Part shown: positions 41,575 through 50,968 of the stretch, piece by piece | How positions within the stretch are numbered: the stretch's first letter is position 1 | Layout: each line of letters opens with the position of its first letter | Origin: an uncultured Candidatus Saccharibacteria bacterium | GTDB taxonomy: Bacteria > Patescibacteriota > Minisyncoccia > Phycocordibacterales > SBAW01 | DNA: 64,000 nt | Assembly: GCA_964459335.1 (NCBI GenBank) | Contig: CAYWJX010000002.1 | Span: 637 to 64,636, forward strand | Direction of reading: 5' to 3' | Made by a program: the position numbers and the translations under genes | Notes under the pieces: generated by a model | The model's database searches: none | What the model saw: the letters and a program-made list of their open reading frames with translations, nothing else | What the model was told of the DNA's origin: nothing

Positions 41575-42654
41575 ATGGATTTCAAAATCCCATCCTTTTC
41601 GTCCTTGTTTAAAAAAGAAGCCGCGAGCGTCATTGGCGTCGACATTGGCTCCTCTTCCATTAAAGTGGTGCAACTGCGCCGCGCGCACGGCCGCGTGGTC
41701 CTCGAAACGTACGGCGCCATCGCGCTTGGCCCCTATGCAGGTGTTGAGATAGGCCGCGCCACCTCGCTCCCGGCCGAGAAGATAAGCGAGGCGCTCAAAG
41801 ACGTCATCCGCGAAGCCAACGTCACTACGGCCGACGCCGCCATATCCATACCATATTCTTCGAGCTTAGTCTCTATCATCAAATTGCCTGCTTCGGTGGA
41901 GAAACAGTTGGCCCAAGTGGTGCCGATTGAGGCGCGCAAATATATCCCCGTGCCAATCAACGAGGTATTGCTCGACTGGTTTGTCGTTTCCGGTGGCAAA
42001 GGGAGCCAGCCGTCAAAAGACGGCAAAATGGAAGTGCTCCTGGTTGCGATACACAACGACACGATTGCCAAGTTTCGCTCGATCGCAACCGAGGCCAATC
42101 TCGCGGCGGCGTTTTTTGAGATAGAGGTGTTTAGTGCGGTGCGCGCCAGCCTTGACCATGGCATTGCGCCGGTTGCCGTGGTCGACATGGGCGCCGCAAC
42201 GACCAAGTTTTATGTGGTGGAGCGCGGGTTGATACACGAAAGTCACATCATCAACCACGGTGCGCAAGACTTAACGCTCGCCGCCTCGCGCGCGCTTGGT
42301 ATCACGGTGGTGCAAGCCGAGGAGCACAAGCGCAAGTTTGGACTCAGCGACACACTCAAGGAGTCGTTGGAGCTCTCACTTAATCCGCTGCTCTCCGAGC
42401 TCTCGCGCACGGCAATTGCGTATGAGCAGCAAGTGAATCAAACCTTGAGCACTATGGTGTTTACCGGCGGCGGTGCGACACTGAAAGGCTTAAAAGAGTT
42501 TGCGCAACAAAAAATCCAAACCGAGTTGCGCCTCTCCGACCCGTTTGGCAAAACGCAGACGCCCGCGTTTCTCGAGAAAATTCTTAAAGATGCCGGCCCC
42601 GAGTTTAGCGTAGCAGTGGGCTTGGCGTTGCGCCGTTTGCAGGAGCTCGGATAA
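41575..42654 (+). CDS. pilM: type IV pilus assembly protein PilM (actin-like ATPase fold)
   Basis: Start at ATG 41575 (the ORF-track start 41401 would overlap comF). VIGVDIGSSSIKVVQL, VVDMGAATTKFYVV, FTGGGATLKGL. Confidence 0.85.
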   Translation: MDFKIPSFSSLFKKEAASVIGVDIGSSSIKVVQLRRAHGRVVLETYGAIALGPYAGVEIGRATSLPAEKISEALKDVIREANVTTADAAISIPYSSSLVSIIKLPASVEKQLAQVVPIEARKYIPVPINEVLLDWFVVSGGKGSQPSKDGKMEVLLVAIHNDTIAKFRSIATEANLAAAFFEIEVFSAVRASLDHGIAPVAVVDMGAATTKFYVVERGLIHESHIINHGAQDLTLAASRALGITVVQAEEHKRKFGLSDTLKESLELSLNPLLSELSRTAIAYEQQVNQTLSTMVFTGGGATLKGLKEFAQQKIQTELRLSDPFGKTQTPAFLEKILKDAGPEFSVAVGLALRRLQELG

Positions 42655-42656
42655 GC

Positions 42657-43682
42657 ATGAAAGCGTATTTTGAGCACCCGGGCAAAGCTGTAGAAGACTC
42701 GCGTTTTAGCCACATGATGGCGATTACGCTCGACCCAGCCTCTAATAATAAAAAAGGGGTAGTTCGCTGTATCACTAGCCGCGAAGGAGACGTAGAAGTA
42801 AAAGGTTACACTGACCGCAGTAAATTGTTTACTGTTTCCGGAGATTCGCTAGAACGTTTTACTGTTGGCAAAGAGTTGCAGATAAAGAACGCACAAGAAA
42901 TAATCGACCGACTCAATATTGAAGGTTTTGATTTTTTAGGGCTTGAAGACCCGGATATTTGGCGAGACGAGACAAACGGTTTGTTGCATTTATATTTTAC
43001 GATGCCTTTTATAGACAGGAGCAAGGAAGAAGGACACTCGCTCGTGCATCTCGGTCATGCAGTCGGCGAAGATCTTAGCTCTCTTGCGATGACGATGCCG
43101 GTACTTGAAGCTTCTAAAGAAAAATATGAAGACGCCCGGGCAAAAGAAGTCTCAATCGCACCTCTAAACTCAAAAGGATTTAGATACAACTTATTTGAAG
43201 GCCACAACAAATTGCATGAAGAAGATATTGATACATATTCAACGGTGCGAGTTGCAAAAGTAACAAACATGGATGCAGATTGGGAGTTTGGTCCAACAGT
43301 TTTTCATCCCGCAGAGCACAAGTTCTCATGGATTGCCGGACACGCATCGCCTGGGCCGCTTTTTTCAAAAGATTTCATTAATGTCGGCAAAGGGAAAGTG
43401 CTCGGTATCATAAATGGGCGTGAAGCAAATAAGCATATGGACGGCAAAACACTTTACGGTACGTTTTCGGTCGGGCTGTTTATATACGATTACGAAAACG
43501 GAAAAATAGATTGGGTTTCGCCGGAACCGTTTATTCAAGACTCGGAAGCAAAAACCATTACATTCGCGAGCCAGTTTGTTGAGAAAGGGAAGGGCGAGGG
43601 CGTGTTGTATGCGCATGTCGACGATTCGTTTGTTCGTGCCTACACATTAAAAGCAGAAGACATCAAACCGCTGTTGCCATAG
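42657..43682 (+). CDS. beta-propeller glycosidase-like protein (GH130/DUF377-like?), unexpected within the pilus operon
   Basis: 341 aa. GLEDPDIW, HLYFT, YAHVDDSFVRAY resemble GH130/GH43-type propeller motifs (from memory). AT-rich relative to flanks. Starts 2 nt after the pilM stop. Confidence 0.4.
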   Translation: MKAYFEHPGKAVEDSRFSHMMAITLDPASNNKKGVVRCITSREGDVEVKGYTDRSKLFTVSGDSLERFTVGKELQIKNAQEIIDRLNIEGFDFLGLEDPDIWRDETNGLLHLYFTMPFIDRSKEEGHSLVHLGHAVGEDLSSLAMTMPVLEASKEKYEDARAKEVSIAPLNSKGFRYNLFEGHNKLHEEDIDTYSTVRVAKVTNMDADWEFGPTVFHPAEHKFSWIAGHASPGPLFSKDFINVGKGKVLGIINGREANKHMDGKTLYGTFSVGLFIYDYENGKIDWVSPEPFIQDSEAKTITFASQFVEKGKGEGVLYAHVDDSFVRAYTLKAEDIKPLLP

Positions 43683-43726
43683 TGTGTTTCTGCCTATAGA
43701 CACGGCGTGTCTACAAACTTGCATGA

Positions 43727-43744
43727 TGTACATATAGATGTACA
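43727..43744. promoter_or_regulatory. two TGTACA hexamers 12 bp apart (GATGTACA-TATA-GATGTACA), YefM/Phd-type operator candidate overlapping a TATAGAT -10
   Basis: TGTACA at 43727-43732 and 43739-43744, immediately upstream of the antitoxin start. The E. coli yefM-yoeB operator is built on TGTACA cores. Confidence 0.5.
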
Positions 43745-43752
43745 ATAGAGGT

Positions 43753-44013
43753 ATGACTACTGCCGCTTTCCAAAAAGTGCAAAAAAGCGTTGATGTCAGC
43801 GACTTTAGGGCTGCCATGGCTTCACATTTGGCTAAAGCAAAAAACAAGCCGCTGGTTGTCTCGGCCCGTCGGGGGGGGGACTCCTTTGTAGTGCTCTCGG
43901 TAGATACATACAACAAGCTCGTGGAAACTTGGGAAAATGAACAAGACTCCAAGGAGCTTGCCCGCCTTGTCAAATTGCAAAAGGGCAAAAAATGGGTAGA
44001 GTTGAAGCGCTAA
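43753..44013 (+). CDS. Phd/YefM-family type II antitoxin
   Basis: Start at ATG 43753 (the first ATG, 43738, lies within the operator). DVSDFRAAMASHLAKAKNKPLVVSARRGGDSFVVLSVDTYNKLVE is a typical Phd/YefM N-domain. Confidence 0.8.
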   Translation: MTTAAFQKVQKSVDVSDFRAAMASHLAKAKNKPLVVSARRGGDSFVVLSVDTYNKLVETWENEQDSKELARLVKLQKGKKWVELKR

Positions 44014-44022
44014 ACGCGCTTT

Positions 44023-44277
44023 ATGTATCGAATATTTCTCAACCCAAGATCCCAAAAAGAACTCAACAGTCTGCCCAAAGACGTCGCTCACACAATTAAG
44101 GCTGTTCTTTTGGGTGCTTTAAAGAGGAACCCTTTTTCTTGTCCTCATGTTAAAAAACTCCAGCCTCCTCTCGAAGGGTATCGTCTGCGAGTGGGAGACT
44201 ACCGCATACTGTTTCAAGTAGAAGGACCGTCTGTTTTGATATACTCAATCAAGCATCGCAAAGACGCATATAGATAG
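44023..44277 (+). CDS. RelE/ParE-family type II toxin
   Basis: 84 aa. Ends ...GYRLRVGDYRILFQVEGPSVLIYSIKHRKDAY, the characteristic RelE/ParE pattern. Lies 9 nt after the antitoxin. Confidence 0.85.
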   Translation: MYRIFLNPRSQKELNSLPKDVAHTIKAVLLGALKRNPFSCPHVKKLQPPLEGYRLRVGDYRILFQVEGPSVLIYSIKHRKDAYR

Positions 44278-44327
44278 TGTTGATAGCTTAACACTTGCGC
44301 CTTTTTGTACGATATACTTAAACGTAC

Positions 44328-44996
44328 ATGGATCCTCAGGTTCAGTCATCTTTCATACCTAAAAAGTCGCTCGATATTTCCGCTTCGCGGAGAGAAGGCT
44401 CTTTCGGACTCCTATTTCTCATCGCTTTGCTTGTGTTTATCGCATCAATAATTGCCGCAGGCGGTTCGTTTGCCTACACCCAATATTTAAACAGTGCCAT
44501 CGCATCTAAAGCTCAGTCACTCGCGCTTGCCGAGGGGGCATTTGATCCGGGCACGATACAGGACCTCGTGCGTCTCGACAGCCGGCTCAACCAATCAAAG
44601 ACGCTTCTTGCAAGCCATGCGGCTGTGTCGGGTGTGTTTGCCCTCCTCTCGCAGCAGACGCTTGCCAATGTATCGTTTAGCAATTTTGAGTATGACCTCA
44701 ACCCCGATGGCACTGCAAAAATAAGCATGACCGGCACCGCAGACAGCTTTTCGACCGTCGCATTGCAGTCCGACCAGTTTGGCGGCACTAAATCGCTTAA
44801 AGATGTGGTCTTCTCCGGCATCACCGTTAACACCGACGGTAGCGTAGGATTTACAGTAAGCGCCACGGTCGACTCGTCGGTGCTCGCGTACATGAGCTCG
44901 CTTAGCACAGGCAACACAGTGAGCACAAACACACCCGTGTCGCCTATAGCTGGTACCTCATCCGCATCTACCGGTAGCACTACACCCGGACAATAA
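44328..44996 (+). CDS. PilN-like bitopic pilus assembly protein
   Basis: 222 aa. Short cytoplasmic N-terminus, one TM helix (LLFLIALLVFIASIIAAGGSF), then coiled-coil/ferredoxin-like periplasmic part. Position between pilM and pilO-like. Confidence 0.55.
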   Translation: MDPQVQSSFIPKKSLDISASRREGSFGLLFLIALLVFIASIIAAGGSFAYTQYLNSAIASKAQSLALAEGAFDPGTIQDLVRLDSRLNQSKTLLASHAAVSGVFALLSQQTLANVSFSNFEYDLNPDGTAKISMTGTADSFSTVALQSDQFGGTKSLKDVVFSGITVNTDGSVGFTVSATVDSSVLAYMSSLSTGNTVSTNTPVSPIAGTSSASTGSTTPGQ

Positions 44997-44997
44997 T

Positions 44998-45546
44998 ATG
45001 AGACTCTTCATGCCCATAGTACTCATCATTGCCGCCGTCGGCCTCTTTGTCGTATATACCAATCCGACCTACCAAGCTACCCATACGCTCCAAGCGCAGG
45101 CGAGCGCATACGACGACGCACTCACCAAGTCGCAACAGTTTCGCGCGATACGCGACCAACTCCTAAGCAAGCGCAACACCTTTTCGGCGGACGATGTGCA
45201 AAAATTGCAGGAGGTACTTCCCGACAACGTCGACAACATCCGCTTTATTATTGACGTCAACAATATCGCGTCGCGGCACAACATATCGCTCAGCAACGTA
45301 CAGCTCGGCACCATTGGCGGCAGTGCGCAAGCGCAGTCAAGCGTAGCCTCTGCGGGAGGGGGGCCGGTCGGCTCGGTTGATATTGGTTTTACGATAAACG
45401 CATCGTACAGCGACATGCTTTCTTTCCTTCAAGACTTGGAGCACAGTGTGCGTCTCATTGATGTCGAGAAGCTCAGTTTTACCGCTCCCTCAAGTGGCGC
45501 TACCACCGACTACACCTTTGTCGTCCGCACGTATTGGCTCCATTAA
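44998..45546 (+). CDS. PilO-like bitopic pilus assembly protein
   Basis: 182 aa. N-terminal TM helix, coiled coil, C-terminal SFLQDLEHSVRLIDVEKLSF pattern. Confidence 0.55.
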   Translation: MRLFMPIVLIIAAVGLFVVYTNPTYQATHTLQAQASAYDDALTKSQQFRAIRDQLLSKRNTFSADDVQKLQEVLPDNVDNIRFIIDVNNIASRHNISLSNVQLGTIGGSAQAQSSVASAGGGPVGSVDIGFTINASYSDMLSFLQDLEHSVRLIDVEKLSFTAPSSGATTDYTFVVRTYWLH

Positions 45547-45558
45547 CATGCTACCCAT

Positions 45559-45924
45559 ATGAACTTTTTGAAACAAAATAAAGTGGCCATAGGAGGGATT
45601 GTCGTCCTTGTGGTGCTGGGTTATATCTACTTTGCCTATTTTTCGGGCTCCTCCACGCCGGCTTTGACCTCAACCGACACCGCTAACACCGCACTTTCTC
45701 AAAATTTGCTCGTGACGCTCCAAAATTTGCAGACAATCAAACTCGACAACAGTATCTTTTCGGACCCGGCGTTTATATCGCTTACCGACTTTGGTGTGAC
45801 CATCCCGCCGCAGGCGGTGGGGAATCCCGACCCGTTTTTGCCGCAGAGCGGCGGTTCATCGACCGGCACGAAAGGAAGCTCCAACATACTCCCCGCTATC
45901 AAGTTACCAACGGGCGGGAATTAA
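45559..45924 (+). CDS. small bitopic protein of the pilus cluster (function unknown)
   Basis: 121 aa with an N-terminal TM helix. Operon position only. Confidence 0.4.
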   Translation: MNFLKQNKVAIGGIVVLVVLGYIYFAYFSGSSTPALTSTDTANTALSQNLLVTLQNLQTIKLDNSIFSDPAFISLTDFGVTIPPQAVGNPDPFLPQSGGSSTGTKGSSNILPAIKLPTGGN

Positions 45925-45930
45925 CGTGAT

Positions 45931-47808
45931 ATGAATCTGCTTCAATTGCTCAGCGACAGCGGCGTTGTCGATGCGAAGGCTGTGCCGGAGATAGAGGGTG
46001 AGCTTGCAAAACCGGGCACTGATTTGGAAACCGTGCTCCAAAAAAACGGCGTCACGCTTCCGCAGATACTCAAAGCAAAAGGCGACTACTACAGCATCCC
46101 CACGCGCGAGCTGGGAGGCAAACCGGTTTCGTTTGACACCCTGCGCTTTGTGCCCGAGGAGAGCGCGCGGCATTATCGCTTTGCGCCGCTTGGCGTTGTC
46201 GACGGTGCACTCGAGGTGGGTATTACCGACCCCGACAACATGGAGGCGCGCGACGCGCTCACCTTTATATCGGCAAAGGTGGGCATGCCATACAAAATAT
46301 TTTTGATAACCGAGACCGATTTTGCAAAACTGCTTTTGCAATATAAAGGCCTCTCCGGCGAAGTGGGCAAGGCGCTCGGTGAGTATGAGACTGGCGAGGT
46401 GGTAGAGAAAAAAACAGAAGGGAAGACAGGCGCGCGCCTCGTTGGCCTGGAAGAAAACGAGGTCACCGAGACCGAGACCTCGGCAATTACCGAAGACGCG
46501 CCGGTCACTAAAATCGTGGCCACCATTTTGCGTCATGCCTCCGAGCAGCGCGCCTCCGATATCCACATTGAGCCTTTGGTCGACCAAACGCGCGTACGCT
46601 TCCGCATCGACGGCGTCTTGATTACCAACATTACGTTGCCCTCCAAAGTACACGGCGCCGTGGTGGCACGCATCAAAGTGCTCTCCAACATGCGCCTCGA
46701 CGAAAAGCGCAAGCCGCAAGACGGGCGCTTTAGCGCGCGCGTCGGCGGCAACAAAGTCGACTTTCGCGTCTCGACCTTCCCGACCTACTACGGCGAGAAG
46801 GTAGTGATGCGTATTTTAGGCAGCGCCACAATTGAGCTCAAGCTCGAATCCTTTGGTCTCTCGGCGCGCAATCTTGAGATGATACGCACCGCGATAAAAA
46901 AACCGTACGGTATGATACTTATCTCCGGCCCTACAGGCTCCGGTAAATCAACTACGCTCTACTCGATACTCAACGAGGTCGATAGGGAAAAACAAAACGT
47001 ACTTTCGCTCGAGGACCCGGTCGAGTACACCATCCCGGGTGTCTCGCAAAGCCAAGTGCGTCCCGAAATCGGCTACACCTTTGCCAACGGCTTGCGCACC
47101 ACGCTCCGCCAAGACCCCAACGTCATCATGGTGGGTGAGATCCGCGACGCCGAAACCGCCAATCTGGCGGTGCAAGCGGCGCTCACCGGCCACCTCGTGC
47201 TCTCCACCATCCACACCAACAACGCAATAGGCATCGTGCCGCGCCTCCTCGACATGGGCGTCGAGCCGTACCTTATCCCGCCTGTGTTGATACTTGGCAT
47301 GGCTCAACGCTTGGTGCGCACGCTGTGCCCGGGCGGTGGCAAAAAAATGAAGGTAGATGAGAGCATGGCGCTCATGTTTAAAGACCAATTTGCCGACTTG
47401 CCGCCCGAGTACAAAGGAGAAGTGCCGCCGCTCGATGAAGTGTATCTTAGGGATCCTTCGCCCGATTGCCCGGCTGGAACGCGCGGCCGCATCGCCGTGT
47501 TTGAGATGTTCGATATGAATCTTGAGCTCGAACACGCGATACTCGCCGGCAAACCGGAGGACGATATGTTTGCAATCGTGCGCAAACACGGCATGCTCGC
47601 CATGAAAGAGGATGCTATTATTAAAGCGGCAAAGGGCGTTATACCGTTTGAGGAGGTCAACACGCTCGGCGGCCAGTTTGAGTTGCCCGAGGAGGAAGCC
47701 GATTACAGCGCATCAAAAGCGCCGGAGGTACTCGGTGAGGATGTCAAAGAGGAGGACACCAAAGAGGAGGTCATCGCCAAAACCAGCGCTCAGGAGATAC
47801 AAGCTTAA
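45931..47808 (+). CDS. pilB: type IV pilus assembly ATPase (PilB/GspE family)
   Basis: 625 aa. N-terminal T2SSE_N-like domain, Walker A GPTGSGKSTT, Asp/His boxes, tetra-Cys-like region, acidic C-terminal tail. Confidence 0.9.
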   Translation: MNLLQLLSDSGVVDAKAVPEIEGELAKPGTDLETVLQKNGVTLPQILKAKGDYYSIPTRELGGKPVSFDTLRFVPEESARHYRFAPLGVVDGALEVGITDPDNMEARDALTFISAKVGMPYKIFLITETDFAKLLLQYKGLSGEVGKALGEYETGEVVEKKTEGKTGARLVGLEENEVTETETSAITEDAPVTKIVATILRHASEQRASDIHIEPLVDQTRVRFRIDGVLITNITLPSKVHGAVVARIKVLSNMRLDEKRKPQDGRFSARVGGNKVDFRVSTFPTYYGEKVVMRILGSATIELKLESFGLSARNLEMIRTAIKKPYGMILISGPTGSGKSTTLYSILNEVDREKQNVLSLEDPVEYTIPGVSQSQVRPEIGYTFANGLRTTLRQDPNVIMVGEIRDAETANLAVQAALTGHLVLSTIHTNNAIGIVPRLLDMGVEPYLIPPVLILGMAQRLVRTLCPGGGKKMKVDESMALMFKDQFADLPPEYKGEVPPLDEVYLRDPSPDCPAGTRGRIAVFEMFDMNLELEHAILAGKPEDDMFAIVRKHGMLAMKEDAIIKAAKGVIPFEEVNTLGGQFELPEEEADYSASKAPEVLGEDVKEEDTKEEVIAKTSAQEIQA

Positions 47809-47814
47809 ACACTC

Positions 47815-48879
47815 ATGCCAAACTACAAACAAAAACTGCAACAACTTATCGAGGCGCTCATCACGCAGGGCGGCTCCGACTTGCACCTTTCCTCCGGTAT
47901 ACAACCGATGATGCGCGTGTCGGGCGTCCTCACTCCCATGTTAAGCGAGGCCGTACTCACAAGCGCCGATATGCTCGGGCTCATTACCGAACTCTTGCCT
48001 CCGGAGCGCAAAGACCTTTTCCTTAAAACGCAGGAGGCCGACTTTTCGTTTGCCTATGGCGATAAAGTACGCTTCCGCGGCAATGCCTACTTTGAGCGCG
48101 GCTCGATAGGCGTGGCGCTCCGCCTCATACCGCGCACCATCCGCAACGTAGCCGAGCTCCATTTGCCTGCCGTACTCGAGACATTTGCCGAGCGCCAACA
48201 GGGATTTTTTTTGGTGGTGGGGCCGGTGGGGCAGGGTAAGACCACCACACTCGCCGCGCTGATAGAAAAAATAAATCAGGAACGTAGCGAGCACATCATT
48301 ACTATCGAAGACCCAATCGAGTATCTGTTTGAAAATAAAAAGTCGCTGGTGGAGCAGCGCGAGGTGCGCGTTGATACCGCCGACTTCCCGCAGGCACTGC
48401 AGTCGGTGTTCCGCCAGGACGTCGACGTGCTTATGATAGGCGAGATGCGCACGCCGGAGACCATCTCGACCGCCGTGACCGCTTCCGAAACAGGACACCT
48501 CGTGTTCTCAACTCTCCATACCAACAACGCCGCACAAACAGTCGACCGCATCATCGACTCCTTCCCGGCGACGCAGCAGGAGCAGATACGCGTCCAGCTT
48601 GCGGGCTCGCTTGCGGGCATCTTTAGCCAGCGCCTCGTGCCGCGCATTGCAGGCGGCCTTATCCCGGCGTATGAGCTCTTGCTCAACAACAGCGCGATTG
48701 CAAACCTCATTCGCGAAAAGCGCACGCACGAGATACAAACCGTCATCGAAACCGGTAGCGCCGATGGCATGATAGACATGAACCGTTGTCTTGCCGACCT
48801 TGTGCGCCAGGGCGAGATAACCATCGAGAGCGCCTATGCGAGAAGCTGGAACCCCAAGAGCCTTGAGCGCTTGATGTAA
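47815..48879 (+). CDS. pilT: twitching-motility retraction ATPase PilT
   Basis: 354 aa. GGSDLHLSSG, Walker A GPVGQGKTTT, TIEDPIEY, GHLVFSTLHTNNA. Confidence 0.9.
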   Translation: MPNYKQKLQQLIEALITQGGSDLHLSSGIQPMMRVSGVLTPMLSEAVLTSADMLGLITELLPPERKDLFLKTQEADFSFAYGDKVRFRGNAYFERGSIGVALRLIPRTIRNVAELHLPAVLETFAERQQGFFLVVGPVGQGKTTTLAALIEKINQERSEHIITIEDPIEYLFENKKSLVEQREVRVDTADFPQALQSVFRQDVDVLMIGEMRTPETISTAVTASETGHLVFSTLHTNNAAQTVDRIIDSFPATQQEQIRVQLAGSLAGIFSQRLVPRIAGGLIPAYELLLNNSAIANLIREKRTHEIQTVIETGSADGMIDMNRCLADLVRQGEITIESAYARSWNPKSLERLM

Positions 48880-48894
48880 CAATATTTATTACTT

Positions 48895-50106
48895 ATGGAA
48901 TTTACGTACGAAGGACTCGACAGTCAGGGCAAGCCGCAAGGCGGCATTGTAAACGCCGCGTCGCAGGATGTGGCCATACAAAGCCTCCAGCGCAACGGCG
49001 TTACCATTACGGCAATTAAGGCAACGGGGCAAAAGGGAGGCCTCGGCTCTCTGCATATTCCGTTCTTGAGCGGCGTACGGAGCCGCGACCTCGTGATCCT
49101 CTCGCGCCAAATCGCGACGCTCTTTGAGGCACAAGTATCGGCCTTGCGCGTGTTCCGCTTGCTTGCCGAGCAGGCCGAAAAGCCGGCTTTGCGCCAAGCC
49201 TTAACCGAAATAAGCGACGACCTCCAGGGAGGCACCAGCATATCCAAAGCGCTCGACAAGCATCCCAAAATATTTTCCGACTTTTACGTCAACATGGTGC
49301 GCGCCGGTGAGGAGTCGGGCAAGCTCGACCAGACATTTCTCTTTTTGGCCGACTATATCGACCGCAATTATGCGCTTACCTCAAAGGCGAGGAACGCGCT
49401 TGTATATCCGGGCTTTATTTTCTGCACGTTTATCGGCGTGATGGTGCTCATGCTCACGGTCATTATCCCCAATATAGGTTCCATTTTGACCGACTCCGGC
49501 GGGACGCTCCCGCTTGAAACACAAATCGTACTCGGACTCTCGGCATTTTTGGTTGATTACGGCATATTTTTGCTTATTGCGCTCATTATCGGGGGGTACT
49601 TTGTCATGCGATACTTTAAAACCCCCAAAGGTAAGCTCGCCTTGGGCCAGCTCAAACTCTCGGTCCCATACATCGGCGATTTGTATAAAAAGCTCTATTT
49701 AACGCGTATTTCCGATAACATGCATATCATGCTCTCCTCCGGTATATCGGCGGTGCGCTCGCTCGAGATAACCGCCGCGGTGGTGGACAACGAGATTTAC
49801 GAGCGTATCCTCACCGAGGCTGTTGAGGGGGTCAAGGCCGGCAGTTCGATGTCTCAAACCTTTGCCAAATATCCCAAGGAAATCCCCACTATTTTGGTGC
49901 AAATGCTCCAAATTGGCGAGGAAACGGGCGAAATGGGCAGTGTGTTGGAGCGCCTCTCCAAGTTTTATGAGCGGGAGGTTAACGCGGCCGTTGACACGCT
50001 TGTTGCTCTTATCGAGCCGGCGCTTATCATCGCTCTGGCTGTTGGCGTGGGCTTTTTGCTCGCTTCCGTGCTCCTGCCTATCTACAACACCACCGCCAAT
50101 ATGTAA
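48895..50106 (+). CDS. pilC: type IV pilus platform protein PilC (GspF family)
   Basis: 403 aa. Two GspF repeats and three TM segments. Confidence 0.88.
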   Translation: MEFTYEGLDSQGKPQGGIVNAASQDVAIQSLQRNGVTITAIKATGQKGGLGSLHIPFLSGVRSRDLVILSRQIATLFEAQVSALRVFRLLAEQAEKPALRQALTEISDDLQGGTSISKALDKHPKIFSDFYVNMVRAGEESGKLDQTFLFLADYIDRNYALTSKARNALVYPGFIFCTFIGVMVLMLTVIIPNIGSILTDSGGTLPLETQIVLGLSAFLVDYGIFLLIALIIGGYFVMRYFKTPKGKLALGQLKLSVPYIGDLYKKLYLTRISDNMHIMLSSGISAVRSLEITAAVVDNEIYERILTEAVEGVKAGSSMSQTFAKYPKEIPTILVQMLQIGEETGEMGSVLERLSKFYEREVNAAVDTLVALIEPALIIALAVGVGFLLASVLLPIYNTTANM

Positions 50107-50114
50107 TAAATCTT

Positions 50115-50152
50115 CCCCGACGCTTCGGTCGGGGCCCGACCAAGGCGTCGGG
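50115..50152 (+). terminator. tandem GC-rich hairpins after pilC (terminator/attenuator or processing site upstream of the pilin genes)
   Basis: CCCCGAC-GCTTCG-GTCGGGG (50115-50134) immediately followed by CCCGAC-CAAGGC-GTCGGG (50135-50152). The arms are mutually interchangeable. Confidence 0.45.
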
Positions 50153-50261
50153 CTTATCCACATGCCCCCCTCTTGCATAGTGCAAAAGGCCAGTATACTT
50201 GAGGGGCAGGAGACTAAAAGTCGTTTTATTTATTAATTATTTAGTAACCTACAGATTAGAT

Positions 50262-50777
50262 ATGAATAAAGGTCTGAAGAAGGGTTTTACCCTCATCGAG
50301 CTCTTGGTGGTTATCGCCATCATCGGTATCCTCGCTTCCATTGTGCTGGTCTCTCTTAACAGCGCCCGCTCCAAAGGCCGCGATGCACAGCGCGTCGCCA
50401 ACCTCCAGGAGATGGCAAAGGCTATTTCGCTCAACGACACGGGTTCTCCTGTCGCTATTGCAACCTGTGTTGCTCAAGATGCCGATGCCTCGACCTGTAC
50501 TGGTCTGACAGGTGCAAACTTTGCGTCATACAAGGATCCTTCGACTTCAGGTTCGCACTGTGTGGGTATAGCTCCCGGCCCCGAGTCAACTGCCACTTGT
50601 CAGTACTCTATTGCAACTGATGCCGGCGCAGCCGCCGCAACAACTGAGAACTACGAGATTTGCACTTACCTCGAGAACGGCAACAGTTCTTACGCCAATC
50701 CTAATGCCGATGCAAACACCGGCATGGTAAGCGTTACCGACGCTACCTCTGGCGGTATTATCCGCGGCTGCAAATAG
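50262..50777 (+). CDS. type IV pilin (major-pilin-like paralog 1)
   Basis: Start ATG 50262. Class III signal MNKGLKKG|[27 protein letters not shown] box at 50194-50199. Confidence 0.85.
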   Translation: MNKGLKKGFTLIELLVVIAIIGILASIVLVSLNSARSKGRDAQRVANLQEMAKAISLNDTGSPVAIATCVAQDADASTCTGLTGANFASYKDPSTSGSHCVGIAPGPESTATCQYSIATDAGAAAATTENYEICTYLENGNSSYANPNADANTGMVSVTDATSGGIIRGCK

Positions 50778-50804
50778 TCTCTATCTCCAGTCTTGAGTTT
50801 AAGA

Positions 50805-50836
50805 AATCCCCAACCTTGCGGCTGGGGATTTTCTTT
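50805..50836 (+). terminator. rho-independent terminator after pilin 1
   Basis: AATCCCCA (50805-50812) / TGGGGATT (50823-50830) followed by TTCTTT. Confidence 0.6.
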
Positions 50837-50968
50837 GGGGGTATACTACCTTTAGTGACTCACTATACGATACAAATCTCCGATAGAGGGGGCCGGGGTC
50901 ACAATACATCGGGATAAGAATTCCGGCGGACGCTCTCTTGTTTGATACTGGAACTATGTGTATGTACT

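Noticed and set aside
50154-50162. Second copy of TTATCCACA (half of the island operator palindrome at 7308-7316) upstream of the pilin promoter
   Set aside because: A 9-mer is expected to recur by chance about once in a 64-kb window searched on both strands, and the other half-site is absent.
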